A stretch of 63,997 nucleotides of DNA, counting the filler, from Saprolegnia diclina VS20 (lineage: Eukaryota), in assembly GCF_000281045.1 (NCBI RefSeq). It is 8 parts of 4 records of this genome, joined end to end, with 100 filler letters (N's around TTAATTAATTAA, not from the genome) between each part and the next. Parts side by side here need not be neighbours in the genome. Positions count along the whole stretch, not along the records: positions 1 to 18,644 come from NW_008246152.1; 7 more parts are not named here. The stretch is one strand, 5' to 3'. How positions within the stretch are numbered: the first letter of the stretch is position 1; every line of letters starts with the position of its first letter. Below, in pieces: positions 1-12,600 of the stretch. The notes beneath the pieces were generated by a model. The model was given only the letters and a program-made list of their open reading frames with translations, did no database searches and was not told the origin of the DNA. Position numbers and translations under genes: made by a program.

Positions 1-92
1 TCCATTTGGATAGCACTTTCAAAAATATAAAACAAAAGACTACTAACTCGAATATTGTCGGTTGTACTCGCAATTACTCTTCGTGCGAGTGG

Positions 93-1962
93 TCATGTGC
101 TAAAGCACGGCATCATCTTGAGGTGCGGCATCGCGTCCAGAGGCTTCATGGCTTTCAAAAACGGTGCGTTCACCGACCGCCAGTCGAGATTCAACAGCCC
201 TTCGACATAGTTGCCGGGCGTATCGGCCGGGTTGTACTGGTACGCCGACTCGGGGTTGAGCGACCACATGTACCCGCCCGCATAGCTCTCGCTCAAAATC
301 GCCTTGATCGTAAAGTCGGTGCAGCGCTGGGTCGTCTTCATCGGGTGCTCGTCTTTCGTGTAGAGACCGGCGAATTCCCCGAGGACGACCGCTGCGTCTT
401 GCTTGGCGTTCAGATAGCCAAACATGTCGTACATGGTGTTGGTCACACGCCCCAAAAGCTTCTCGTCGCTGAGCTCAACGTAGCCGTTGATCGCGTTGCC
501 GGCGCCGACCTTGCCGCCGCCAAAGAGGTAGTACTGCGGAAACACCGCCGGCGTGTAGTAGTGCGGTGCATACACGAGCTTCTCGGCGGTCGGCAGGACG
601 ACCGGAAACTCGCCGGCCTTGTGCAAGCCGCCGCCAAACCAGTCGTAGTAGCCGTACTCTTGGCCGTCGAGGACGATCGTGTGCTGGGCGTTGACGCCTT
701 CGACAAACACGAGCCACTTGGGGCAGCCCTTGAGAATACGCGCGCCAATGAGCTGCGCAGCTGCGCGAAAGTCATTCTTGGTACCGGTGCCCCACGTGCC
801 TTCCCACGGCTCGTTCTTGACGTCGATGCCGAGGATGTTCCAGTACTTGTCCGAGCAAAGCGCGGCCGTGAGCATGTCGATGGCCTTGAGAAAGTCGTCG
901 GTGGTGAGCGACTTGCCGTACCAAAGCGAGCCTTCGCGGTTGTAGATGTCGAGCGTGTGCATGGAAATCATGACGGAAACTTGGCGGAACCCGAGCGACT
1001 GCGTCATGGTCTGGAGTAGTCCGAGGTACGACGTCAGATCCAGAGCGCGGTTGGTGACGCGGTTGATGATCGACACTTCGGGCGCCTTGTTTTCGAGGAT
1101 GCTCGAGACGCAGAGTGGCATGCGCACCGAGTTGAACTTGTTGTTGGCAAGGAACTGAGCGACCGCGTACTAGAATTCGAGCTGTGAGCTGGTCGGGGCG
1201 GTGTTGTGGTGCGTACCACAGTCGTGCCGTTCTGGTCGTTGTCCCAGAGCCCAAACGGCGCTCGCATGCCCCTAGAATAAGGCCTCAGCTTTTCGAGTCC
1301 CCGATGACGAGATTTCCGGATTGTGAGCGTCTGGTACGTACGTCTCCATGCCAAACCAGTTAACGCCCTTGATCTGGATTGGGACCTCCGTGCCGTTCTT
1401 GGCGACCGCGTAGATCTTGCCGTTCTTGCTCACGTAGTTGGGCAGCTGGCACCCGCTCGGCGGGTACACTTGGGGGTTGTTGACTTGGCCATCGTCGGCG
1501 ACGTCGACGTCGTCCAATGTCGAGCCGCTCGTTGTGCCGTCGGCAATCGCGCGCTCAAGCGCGAGTCGCTTCTGCACGTCGAACGCGCGGGTGCGCGCGG
1601 CGTCGCGGGTCGACGTCGCGCCGTACGTGATGGCCGCCACACTCGCAGCCACAATGACAAAAAGCAGGAGGACGCCCGGCCAGCGCTAGCATCGCTTGTG
1701 ACAACCATGATCCGTAGCATGGCAGGAAGCGTACCCGCAGGCGGCCGCCATACCGTGTGCCCCACGACCGCCCGTGGGCCGTCGCTTCGACCGGCATGGC
1801 TTTGATGTCACGCTGCAAAATCGAGCCGCGCGAGAACACGGCCGACGGGGTCGTGAACGACGACGCGCGCTCGCTGTAGGCAAAGCTGCCGGACCGAAGC
1901 GCTTGGTCGTCGTCGTCGTTGTCGTTGTACCAGCCGTCGCTCGGACCTGCGTCGGGCTCCAT
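93..1962 (-). CDS. Membrane-anchored glycoside hydrolase family 5 endo-beta-glucanase (multi-exon)
   Basis: Joined ORFs give an N-terminal cytosolic tail, a TM helix (WPGVLLLFVIVAASVAAITYG), IKGVNWFGMET, FNSVRMP, the acid/base motif DVKNEP, YAPHYY, the nucleophile motif VLGEFAG and YMWSLNP. GT-AG introns lie near 1686-1734, 1272-1340 and 1171-1216. Confidence 0.9.
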
Positions 1963-1978
1963 CGTCGCAATATCGCTC

Positions 1979-1994
1979 AAATAATAGAATGAGG
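1979..1994 (-). promoter_or_regulatory. Oomycete INR/FPR-like core promoter element upstream of the GH5 gene
   Basis: The minus strand reads CCTCATTCTATTATTT about 17 nt before the ATG at 1962. This resembles the oomycete initiator plus flanking promoter region consensus (GCTCATTYYNCAWTTT-like). Confidence 0.45.
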
Positions 1995-3088
1995 AACGAC
2001 GGAATGATGCACATGAATCTTATTTTTTCGTTTTCGCTCCTGGCTACTCGGCCGAGATACGCGTCCCACCCTTCGCAACCCTGTTGGCATTGCACCCTTC
2101 TGTCACTCGGCCTCGGTTGCATACATGGTGGACTGCGTAGCGTGCCCACAAGCCACAAAATTGGAGAAGGGACTCTCCACTAAGAAACCGCGGCCATGAC
2201 GTGGCAGCGTGTACGACCAGAAAACGAACGTGCGTCATAGAAAGGACATCATTGGCGATGGGCAAAGGCTACTCGCAGTGCAATTCACCACCAAATGGTG
2301 TTGTAGGATCCACATAAGATCGGTAAGTGCACTTGTTGAAGTGGTGCAGAGGACGGAGGATTGTTGCGGGGGTTGTACGGTGGGTTGTTGCCAGCGACCT
2401 CGATTTGGCATCTGGCGTGTCCCACGGAGTGGATCAGAGGCTGGTCCGAGAAGGTCGCCTCTTCGCAAGATCGCATCTGCTACCAGCCAACGTCCCGACC
2501 TGATCTCGATCGGTGCGATCCACCCAAAAGAAAACACTGTTTTTCTGTCACTGCTGTTTCGCGACACAGAGTTTGGCACGACCGAGAACTTCGTTTTGCT
2601 GCCGAAGCACAGGCACGGAGAGTAGAAGAGGAATCGCATTGTAGCATATGTCCCGTTCTAGTTTTAGTCCTATGCGTAAATGCAGTGTTATAGAATGAAA
2701 AAGGCAGCGAAACCGGTGGTTTGAAACCGTGCTACGCGCCCGAATCAGCGCGCGATGCCAGTCCCTGCCGGCCTCGAAGGCCAGCGATCCTTGAACAGCG
2801 CGATTTTGCTGCGTATCATCGAGTCGCATGTGCCTACTGCAGCACACGTACGCAGCCGCTAGCTGGTTAAACTGAGATATGGTCCGTAGACAGCGGAGCA
2901 AGAGGCGGCTTTGGCAAGGTACAGCGATAGCGTGCCAGTTGACCTTATGAGAATCTATAGTTGTCATGATATACCCGTCAACGAGACGACCGAGGCAGCA
3001 GCGCGGCGTCTCCAGGGCTGGTATCGTCGCGTCCGAACATCGACGCACATCAAGACGACTGCGGTTGAACGTTGCGTCTAACCAGACA

Positions 3089-4350
3089 CTAGCGGGACCA
3101 TGATGTGGCTAGGTACACTTGATGACGCTCATGCACCATCTCGACCGGGATCTGCTCCTTTTTTGGAAGCTGCTCCACGAAGGTGTTCGCGTTTGCAAGT
3201 ACAATGCCAAGCGGCAGGCGAAAAAATGGAAGGTCATCTCGCTCGACAAAGGTCAACGCATGGGACGCTGCCACGTGCAAAATGGTGTGTTTTTAGACGG
3301 CGAGCGGCTCATCATGCGCCCATTGCACCGCACGAGCATGCGCTTTCTCACCAAGTCCATATCGTTTGGTCGCCGGCGCGGCATCACGGCCAAGTCAGAG
3401 AAGGGACTGTACCTTCGCGACATTGCTGAAGCTCGCATCGGCGCGCAGTCGGCGGGCTTTGCGCGCTCGACGCTCGAACCGAATCCAGACCAGGTACCTG
3501 CCTTGACAAACCTCGAGCTTAAAACACGCAACTTGAAGTGCTTCTCGATCGTCGGCTCGGAAGGAACATGGGATCTCGAGCTCACAACGACCGCCGCGCG
3601 GGACCAAGTTGTTGTGCGATTGAGGGTTGTCTTGGACGTGCTTCAAGACAGCACGTCCCTTGTACGCTCCCTACCGATAGAGACCATCCGTTGATTTCTT
3701 CTCGGCTAGCTGGCAAGTCGCGAATGGACGACACCCCACCACAAGGACGTGGTGTCTCTGGCGACCGCTGCGCACTTGTACAGTGTCTTGGCCACTGGGT
3801 ATTTTCTTCTGTCGTTTTTTGTATGGTGAATATTCTCACAAATGCACTAGCGTCGAAGTAACTCGGTTCGCAGCGTACTTGACGCCCGCGCGCAGCTACC
3901 TCTGGATCAACCCAACGACCAATCGTCTTTGCATTGGCGACAGCAAGCGTACGTCCCACTCTAGCGTTGCGTCACGACGGCGCGTCACTAGTCCGTGTCT
4001 TCAAGAGCGTGCTTCTCAGCGACGTGGCCGAGGTCCGAAAAGGCGTCAACAGCATTGCTTTTTTCAATTTGTCGACACCGCCGCCCGCGTCCGAGGTAGA
4101 TCACATGATGACGCACGTCGCGACATTCGCCTCGCACTAGTGCTGTTGTTTCATTGGCTCGGAAAACGTGCTCGAGTGCCGCGTCACCGACGAGGCGGCG
4201 CGCAATGCGCTCATTTATGCCCTCCGCGATCTCTTGCATTTCATGCGAAGCCATCCAAACGTAAATCTGGCGCCGACTACGGTAAATGCGTTAAATCCAT
4301 GCATCACAAGATCACTCGACGCGTTATACGTCTTTACTACTGCGTACTAG
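3089..4350 (+). CDS. Protein with two PH-like domains (PLC-type PH resemblance), multi-exon, ends uncertain
   Basis: Two similar modules: LLHEGVRVCKY...GLYLRDIAEARIG...CFSIVGSEGTWDLE...ARDQVV and LWINPTTNRLCIG...VLLSDVAEVRKG...FIGSENVLECRV...ARNALIYALRDLL. Confidence 0.6.
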
Positions 4351-4501
4351 ATGAATGCGACGCCGTATCGCGCGACAGACATTGCCGCGGCGCTGGCGAA
4401 CAGACCTTAGACTCAATGCCCCTTTTGCTCCAGACCAAAGAATAAGTCTTGGCGCTTGGACCACGCATTTGGCTTTGGTTTTTTCGCGTCCAGGTCGAGC
4501 T

Positions 4502-5908
4502 TCAAGTGGAGTTTGCGCAGAATTTGGCCATTTCCACAGAGGTCCTATAGACCACCATCCATAAGACAATTCTGTACAACCTCCTAGCATGTCGTACAAC
4601 GAGGTCGGTGAGGTGCTCGGGCGCGCGGCGAAGCGTCGCGAGGAGCTTGGCCTTGCCCTGGTCCGCGAGCTGCGCGACGATCGACGTGTCGCAGGCCAGC
4701 GCAGCGACGCCGGTCGTCGAGACCCACTCGCAGTAGAGCTCGTCAAACATGAGGACGCAAAACGCAAAGAGCTGAAAGAAGCTCGCGTCCGCATCCAGGA
4801 GCTGCCAATACAGTGTTTCTTGCACTGGAAAATTGCCCTAGGAAACAGCGTAGGATGGCGACGACAGATTCTGTTGTTGGCGTACCTTGGAGCCGTCCAT
4901 AGCCACGACGTGGAGGATCTCCATGAGCACGCGGACGACGGCGACCGCCGCCTTGGCCAACGGATACCTAGGCGCGAGTCGGGCTCATTGAAATCACCAC
5001 AGCGAAGACGAACCCGAAATGACGGTTGAGCATCCGCGCTTCGCCGGGGTAGTTTTCGACAAAGAAGACTAGGAGTGCGAATAAGCGCCGAGCAGCGATG
5101 GCTAGGAGCACCGAGACACTCGAGGCCAAGTTCGCCGCCAGCGCGAATGTCGTCGCCAGGGTTGCAGCTCGTAAAGCCGATCGTTTGCCACTCGGCGCTG
5201 TTGCGCTGGAAAGGTAGCGCATTGTTGCGCAGGTGGTTACCGTGCATGCTGTCCCAGTACCGGCTTAGGAGGCTGAGATGCTACATGCATGGCCATGAGA
5301 CGCCATTTGCCGCTGGAACCGAGAGGGGTACGTAGGGACACTCGACGAGGCGCGTCATGAAGCGCTTCTGCAGCGAGAAGAGCAGGAGGAGCTCGTGGTC
5401 GTCGGGCCGGCGACCGGCTTCGGCGGCGTCGCGCGCGGGGTTGTAGCTGCCTTGCTGGTTGCCCATTTCTTCCAAGATACGGCCTTTCCAAGATCCATCC
5501 AATATAGTGTCAGCCCGTCTGACTTTGAATAGTGTTGTGTGGCGAGTTCAAAATGACCACCATCGCCAAACGCCAAGCGCCGCGATGCAGACGAGATGAC
5601 AACAGGCGATGCGTATGACGATACAGCGTCATCCATACCACCCACGCGACCAGTCGCCTTGCGTACGCCGTGAACCGTCGCCGAGGTCTCTGCCCCCAAA
5701 GCCGCCACCGCCACCGCTGATACCGGGTAGGAATGGTGTGGCTTTGGATTGTCTGCGAGTCGAATGGCTTCCGTCCAAGCGGCTCAGTTGGCAGTTGGCC
5801 GCACTGCCACAGGCCACGTGGTCGGAGCCTCCGAATCCCCATGACGCGGTAGAGACTCTTCCGGAGACAACCCTATTGCATCTTTTCTGGATGGATGGTC
5901 TCTGCATG
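4502..5908 (-). CDS. ELMO/CED-12 domain protein, multi-exon, start uncertain
   Basis: EWQTIGFTSCNPGDDIRAGGELGLECL matches the ELMO W..GF...P..D.R..G.LGL signature. It is followed by YPLA and FFQLFAFCVLMFDELY. Confidence 0.7.
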
Positions 5909-6924
5909 GTGCATCGTCTCGGACGAGCGAGAACAGACCTCGGCCAGTCCGTGGCACTGCACGCAGTGGCGTTCTGATAGGTCCAGAGGACGACATTCGC
6001 GCGACCGTCTTCCATGCCACAGAGGGGTTTTGGCCCTATCAGCAGCGCACGACAACCTGCAACCTGCAACGAACGCAAGCAACCTGCAGTGGGATGTGCT
6101 CCCGACCATTATCGCCCAGCGCTTCGAGAAGCTGCCACGTCTCACCCGCCGTCCGCATGATACCGGTATATACATCGACCAAAGCGTATCTTTATCCGGA
6201 CGATCCCGTGTATCCGGATGTGCACGGCTCGCCAGGAATTCGAAAACGACCTCTGCAAGGAACGTCGTACCACATGCGTACAAGGACGATAATATTACAA
6301 TAGAAGCCATCGATAGCTACTTTTGCCACTTTGTGATTTTGTCCAATGCTGAATCTATCGTGCAGCGCTTGAGCTCGTAAAATTTCATCAGGCCTGCTCG
6401 GCTGCAGCGCGTGCGCAAGGCGGCTACTCGACCTCCGAATGTAGGTCCGCGACCGAGATGATGCAGCCTGATGATCCAATGCGGCCGAGATGATTATCAG
6501 GAGGATCGACCGTTGGGTCGATTTTTTTCTGGCGCCAACATGTCTAGTAGGGCGTTGGACACGGGGAGAAGCACGAGATGGTGACTCGCTCTTGAGAGTC
6601 TCGTCGGCTGCAGCCCACGACCACCCACAAGGCCGACGCATGGAACGCAGAGAGCACCGATGTGCTATGGAATTTGTAGACAGCGACAAAACCCGCACAT
6701 GGTGTTTGTGCGTGGTTGTTGCGATTTTTCAGTACCGGGTCCATGGCCAGGACCCGCCCCCGAAGATACTTTTGCATAGAAAAAGCAAGTGTAAAGGATC
6801 GAAAGGAATCTCGATCCAACTGGGGAGGACCCGGGTGGGGTCAGATCGTTTCGACCCCGGACAGGGCCGTTTCAGGGATCGCGCCACGTCCATTTTCGCA
6901 TTTCGCAATCTTCAGCCACGTACG

Positions 6925-7719
6925 ATGAAAGACCCTGCGACGCTGAGCTTCTGGCGGCGCCTCGGCCGCTCCTTCCGCCACGAGGTCGACGAGGACGATG
7001 GTCATGGCCGTGGCTCGAGCCTCTTCCGCAGCTTCCGCCGGCATCCCGAATCGCGTCGCAGCTTCCTCGGGCTCTTCAAGCGCAAGGATACCGAGTACGA
7101 TGCGACCATCGATGGTGCCACCCACTCGACGCGCAAGTCGCTTCTCGAGCGCTGGCTGCGTGACGACGACCCGTGGCGGCGCCGGTCGTCGCTAGTCGAG
7201 TCGGAAAAACCGTCGCGGGCGTCGCGCTATAGCGCCGTCAAAGTTGTTTCCTGCAACGAGCAACCGGTCATGGACGACGACGACGACGATGACGATGCGA
7301 CGACGCAGGCCTCGGACGAGTCGCCGGTCACGTCGCCCAAGCACGGCGCGCCAAGCAATACCGCGATGCCCTTCAAGCCCACATCATACTCGTACTCGTA
7401 CGCGTTCGCGAATGCTGCGACCTCTGCCTTCAACAGCGAGTACGCAGCGCCATTGCGGCTCACAGCAGTCCCCGTGTCGATCCCGCCCATCTTTCGAAAG
7501 CGGGACCGCTTCTACGTCGGCGGCAAGAACATCCCGTTCACGCGCCAAAACCATCTGGACCGTCTCCTAAAGCACAAGCGCAAGTCCATGGACGTCGTGT
7601 ACGAAGACTGCTTGTACCTCGACTTTGCGCTCGACCATACCATGAAGAACCTCGTCGACTACTCTCGACTCCTCCAGCCGCAGCGGGCGCTGGCCCAGGC
7701 GTTCCTTCACGCGTCCTAA
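6925..7719 (+). CDS. Hypothetical protein (basic/Ser-rich N-terminus, acidic tract)
   Basis: ORF from MKDPATLSFWRR with strong GC3 bias. No recognised domain. Confidence 0.6.
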   Translation: MKDPATLSFWRRLGRSFRHEVDEDDGHGRGSSLFRSFRRHPESRRSFLGLFKRKDTEYDATIDGATHSTRKSLLERWLRDDDPWRRRSSLVESEKPSRASRYSAVKVVSCNEQPVMDDDDDDDDATTQASDESPVTSPKHGAPSNTAMPFKPTSYSYSYAFANAATSAFNSEYAAPLRLTAVPVSIPPIFRKRDRFYVGGKNIPFTRQNHLDRLLKHKRKSMDVVYEDCLYLDFALDHTMKNLVDYSRLLQPQRALAQAFLHAS

Positions 7720-8983
7720 GTTATTCCGTCGTTCGATCGCAGGACGTCCTCGTATGCGTTCGCACGAGCCAATCGCATGTCGTCTTTTGGTTCTATTTTC
7801 GCGCTTTGGCGTTTGATTGGTGGACATGGTCCATGGACGCACGCCGATGGTGTGTGATTGGTGGATAGTCGCGCGTACGTGGCACGACGAGCGGCGGGCA
7901 TGGGTGGTGCGATCTGCAAGCTCAAAATTTGAGACGCACCGAACAATGGAAGGCGCATCTCGCCAGGAAAAAGCATCTAGAAAGGTACCTGCGACCACAA
8001 ACATGCACGGCAAGGCGACAGCATCGGGCTCGTACGCCAGCCTTGCTACTTGCTCGACGCGCGATAGCGGCAAGCTTGGAAGCCAGCGCACGCACGAGAA
8101 GATGATTGCTATCCACATATTATATATACCATTCACATAGTAGGGACTCGATTCGAAAGTTACTGTACCTGGTCGTGCTGACCGTATGCCCACACCCACG
8201 ACTCGTCGTCGTCTCGGCCGCTCTGGCTGCCGTGCACCATAGCCATGCGTGCGATGTATAGGTGTCGTTGGCGACCCAAGCAGCTACATCTTTGGCGCGA
8301 CCTGGCCGCGCGTCGTAGAGAGTTCAGCAGTCTATCGAAGCTGTCATTACGCGCAGCAGCTCCAGCAACCTCGCTCGGCACAAGGACGAGCAACTGCGCA
8401 CAAAGTATCATTTCGCAATAGACGGAGCTACCAGTGGTGATGGGCACTGTCCATATCGTTTCGACGTGGAGGGAGATGGAACGTCTGTCGATCGACGGAC
8501 GGACCATACGTCACGATCCAAACGGAGCGATATTCTCTGAGAAATGTCCTAAGTTCACCTGGTACTGTTGAACGACATGCTGCAGTTGAGTCGGAAGCTC
8601 CTCGGAGAAGGATGGTTCATGCTTCCACGATTTCCCAAGGTTGACTTTACGCGGTGTTGAATTTTGCTGTCAGTATTGTTGGCATTTTCATTTCTTCAAA
8701 TGTTACCCAAACCAACAACCGAGCTCGTGTAGGTCGACGTCGATGGGATACAGAGAGCGACGAGGACGCCAAGTCGAGTCTTTCTCGCTTCTGATCGGCA
8801 ATCCCATGCAGAAGACTGGCACACAATCCATTTCTACCCAAACAGAAATGCCACAACCAAATGTATCAAGTCGACGGTATCTGGTCCTAGTATCTGGTAT
8901 CTCGAATCGACCGATCTGGTTTGAATACCGAGCTACTTGAATCATCTTTCAACTACACTTGTAGCTACTCGTTTATCGAGTTA

Positions 8984-10216
8984 CTAGACAAACGTTGCGC
9001 ACATGTCTTTGCACTTTTCGTAAATCGCAATCGTGATGCCTGTGAGGGGGGCCTGAAACGCGACACGGGCCCCCGCCCCCTTCCACAGCGCCTTGGGTCC
9101 CTCTTGCCTAGTCCAGTGCCACAGGTTATTGACATGCTCTCCATCGTCTGCGTACGTCAAAATGCGTCCGAGTCCATCGAACGTGTTCTTGTACTGGCTC
9201 GGTGCGCCCGATGACGTTGCCCGGAAGCGCTCCACCTGCATATTTGCGTCTCGTACCAGAATCACATCCAAACACTGTACCTGGAGCCGCAACTTGACCA
9301 GATCCAGTGGGTTGGTCAAAAACGCAGCAGCTGCACTCGCCGAGACGGAGCAGAGAAGCAGCGACGAGAACGGCACGTCGGGTGAGCCATGCCAGCGCGT
9401 TGCCCACGCCTTGTTCTAGAAACCACAGTCGTTCAACCACTGTAGCGTCCGACCACGTACTTGCTCGTAGGCCACAAAGAAGAGCGCCGAGTACGGGCCA
9501 AAGGACCACATGGTCGCGCCATAGCCTACCTTGCTGCATGAGGAAACGTCATGGCATCGACATGCAGATGACCTTTGTACATGCCACGGAGGCCTTCGGT
9601 ACGCGCAATCGTCTGCAGCGCATGCAGCGTGTTCCTGTACCCGTTGGCTTGATGCAGTGTTTGCACTTGCATGCGCTCCTTGACGACGTCGATGGGCACC
9701 CAAAAGATGCAGCTAAACGCCTCGGCAAAGATGCCCGCGGAGAAGGTCGTGAGGAACGGTGCGTCTTGGAATTGCGGCGACTGCGTGAGCCACTTCTTGC
9801 TTTCCTAGTCCCATGGTATGAGCCATCGTAGAGGTACCAAAGACGGTGCAAGCGAGCTACCTCGTACGACGTCATGTACAGGCACGTGGCTGGCGCCGAC
9901 CCAAGGACCACGACGCCAAAGCCCTTGTACAGGCCGCGCACGCCTTCGGTTCTAGCATGGCGCGGTGGCCACAGGCAATGGATGTGCCTCGTACGTACTT
10001 CATAGTTTTCGTCAGAACATGCCATGCATTGCGGTACGAGCTGTGCGCCTGGAGGTTGGCCTTGGCCATGTCCATGGGGTGGCATACAATGCGCCCGAGG
10101 ATGCCAGCCATTGCGCTGCCCTAAGGTCATGGCCATGAGCGTGAGCGCGACGAAGGAGGTGCAGGTACAAGCATCGTCGCTGCCATGGACGCGGGCTGCG
10201 CCTCGTCGCCGGCCAT
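8984..10216 (-). CDS. Mitochondrial carrier family (SLC25) protein, many introns
   Basis: Three carrier signature repeats (HPMDMAKANLQ, VPIDVVKER, NPLDLVKLRLQ) plus EGVRGLYKG and EGPKALWKG. Confidence 0.88.
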
Positions 10217-10769
10217 CACTCCCATTTCGGGCCAGATCCAAACACTGCACGCCGCACGCCAGATCCGCGTTTTATAGTTTAAACATACTTTAACGTTGAT
10301 GGCCAATCGGTGTCCACCAATCAGAACGCGGCATCGGGGCAATCCCATTCCTCGACGCTTGTGTGAGCAGCTTGAGCTCGAGTGCATTCCCGCTCTGGAC
10401 TCGCGCAGAGCGATGGGTCGCAGGCGAGTTATACGAGCGTCCTGCCCACAGGGCGAGGTTGTCGACGTTCCGAGCGCCGGTCGCCAGCGGTTGCGACTTC
10501 AAGCTTTTGCTTGTAGCATCTGGGTACAGCTAGCCCTGGACGCCTTGACGCTGCACCTGGCTCGCTTTGTGCAATGCTATTGCAACGACACTACGAAGGA
10601 GCACCTCGGGTGTTCGCTTGCGAGGTTGCCCAGCCTCTTCGTGACGTCTGCTGGCTTCGCGCACAACCGACCTATAAAACCCACGTTGAACGTTACGTTT
10701 AAACCACCCGTGGACCGTATCCGGATACGCTGCCACGCACTTGCGGTTCCGCTTGCAGCAGCACGCAGC

Positions 10770-12075
10770 ATGATCTACCTCGACTACAACGCGACGACGC
10801 CCGTCGACAAGGTAGGGATCCTGGCCGCTGCATGGATGGCTCATGCGGCATGGATGTAGCGCGTCATATCCGCGCTGACGCAGTGCTTGGAAGAGACATA
10901 TGGGAACCCGTCGTCGACACACCAGCTCGGGCAGGCGGCGAAAGCAGCACTGGGTACCGCCCGCGCACAGGTCGCCGCGCTTCTCGGCTGCCCATCGGAC
11001 GCGATCCTCTTTGTCTCGGGCGGTACCGAGTCGATCAACTACGTACTCAAAGGCATGCTGGCGTCGCATCCGGCGCAGCGCCATATCATCACGTCGGCCG
11101 TCGAGCACGTGGCCGTGAGCGCGACCTGTGCGTTCCTCGCGGAGACGCATGGCTTTGAGATCACGACGCTTCCGGTCGACGCGCTCGGTCGCGTGGCCGT
11201 CGACGACGTCGTCGCCGCTGTGCGGCCGACAACGTGCTTGGTCTCGATCATGCACGCCAACAACGAGGTCGGGACCATCCAGCCCATTGGCGCGATCGCG
11301 GCTGCCGCCCGCGCCCGCCACGCCGAGCTCTTGGTCGACGACACGCGCGGCTTGAGTCCACTGCTACTGCACACGGATGCGAGCCAGTCGATCGGCAAGA
11401 TCCCGGTCGACGTCGAGACCCTGAACGTCGACTTTCTCACGGTGGCTGGCCACAAGCTGTATGCACCCAAGGGCGTCGGTGCGCTGTACATTCGACCCGG
11501 CACACGGCGACTGCAGACGCTCATGCACGGCGCTGGCCACGAGAACGGGCTCCGCGCCGGCACCGAGAACATCCCGTACGCCGTCGCCTTGGGCACAGCG
11601 TGCGCTTTGGCGCAGGACTACTTGGCGTTGCACCCGCGTGCGCTCTGGAATCTGCGTTCTGCGCTGTATACGCAGCTCCACGACAAGCTGTCGGATATTG
11701 ACATGGCCGTCAACGGCCCTACCACCGGTACGACGACATTGCGATGGCATGTGAATACGGCGCCGAATGCGGTTGTGCATAGAGCACGATGTATTACCCA
11801 ACACGCTCAGCATCGGTTTTGCCAACGTCCAAGCGAGTGCGCTCTTGCGATCGATCGAAGACCGCGTCGCCGCGAGCGCGGGCTCGGCCTGCCACAGCCA
11901 CACGACGAGCATCTCGGCCGTGCTCCGCGCCATGCACGTGCCATCGACGTACGCGATGGGCACGCTGCGACTCTCGGTCGGCCGCGAGACGACGCTCGAC
12001 GAGATCGACATGGCGTCGACCGTCATTGCCGACGGCGTGCGCCAGCAGCTGCAAAAGAAGCGCCGCATCGAGTAA
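10770..12075 (+). CDS. Group I NifS-like cysteine desulfurase / selenocysteine lyase-like PLP enzyme
   Basis: IYLDYNATTP, GNPSS, SGGTESIN, HANNEVGTIQP, HTDASQ, the PLP lysine motif GHKLYAPKGVGALY, RAGTEN and the catalytic Cys in SAGSACHS. Introns near 10812-10859 and 11729-11783. Confidence 0.9.
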
Positions 12076-12600
12076 CAACCTACATGCCAATAGAGAACAT
12101 GTCAATATCGTCGTCGTCTTGTTTGCGCATGGACTGAGGTCGGCGCACGGTGCCTTCCAAGCGGCGCATGCGATCGACACATGGAGCGTCCGTCGTGCAG
12201 CCGGACGACTACCAAGCACCAGCAGCTAGCATAGCGCCTCACGCGAGGGCAGCCTGTGGTATCCCTGGCACGGCCTCTACCTGGTCATCCAGCGTGCCCA
12301 AAGCGAGCTACTGCCACGCGAGCTGCCGGAGCTGCCGGAGGACCGAATCTCAACGACGTTCGAAATTTCGTGTTCGAAAGATTTGGCCCACTGTGACATC
12401 ACCGGTCCAAGACGGTGACGTCATGTTGATGCAGATCTTAGTTGCAGCATGATCTTGTCCGCTGCTGCTGACGCTTCGTACGATGACCTACGCTGCGTCC
12501 TCGACCTGGAGGCCTGTGGAAGAGGCGCTCGGAGAAGGTAGTAGTATTGTTATTATTCACACGCACGAGTTGATTACGAAGAAGAAGAAGGTCGAGTGGC

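Noticed and set aside
6..1019. Long antisense ORFs opposite real genes (also 12613-13656, 24420-25493 and many within the BEACH gene)
   Set aside because: These are shadow ORFs expected from high GC3 codon bias.
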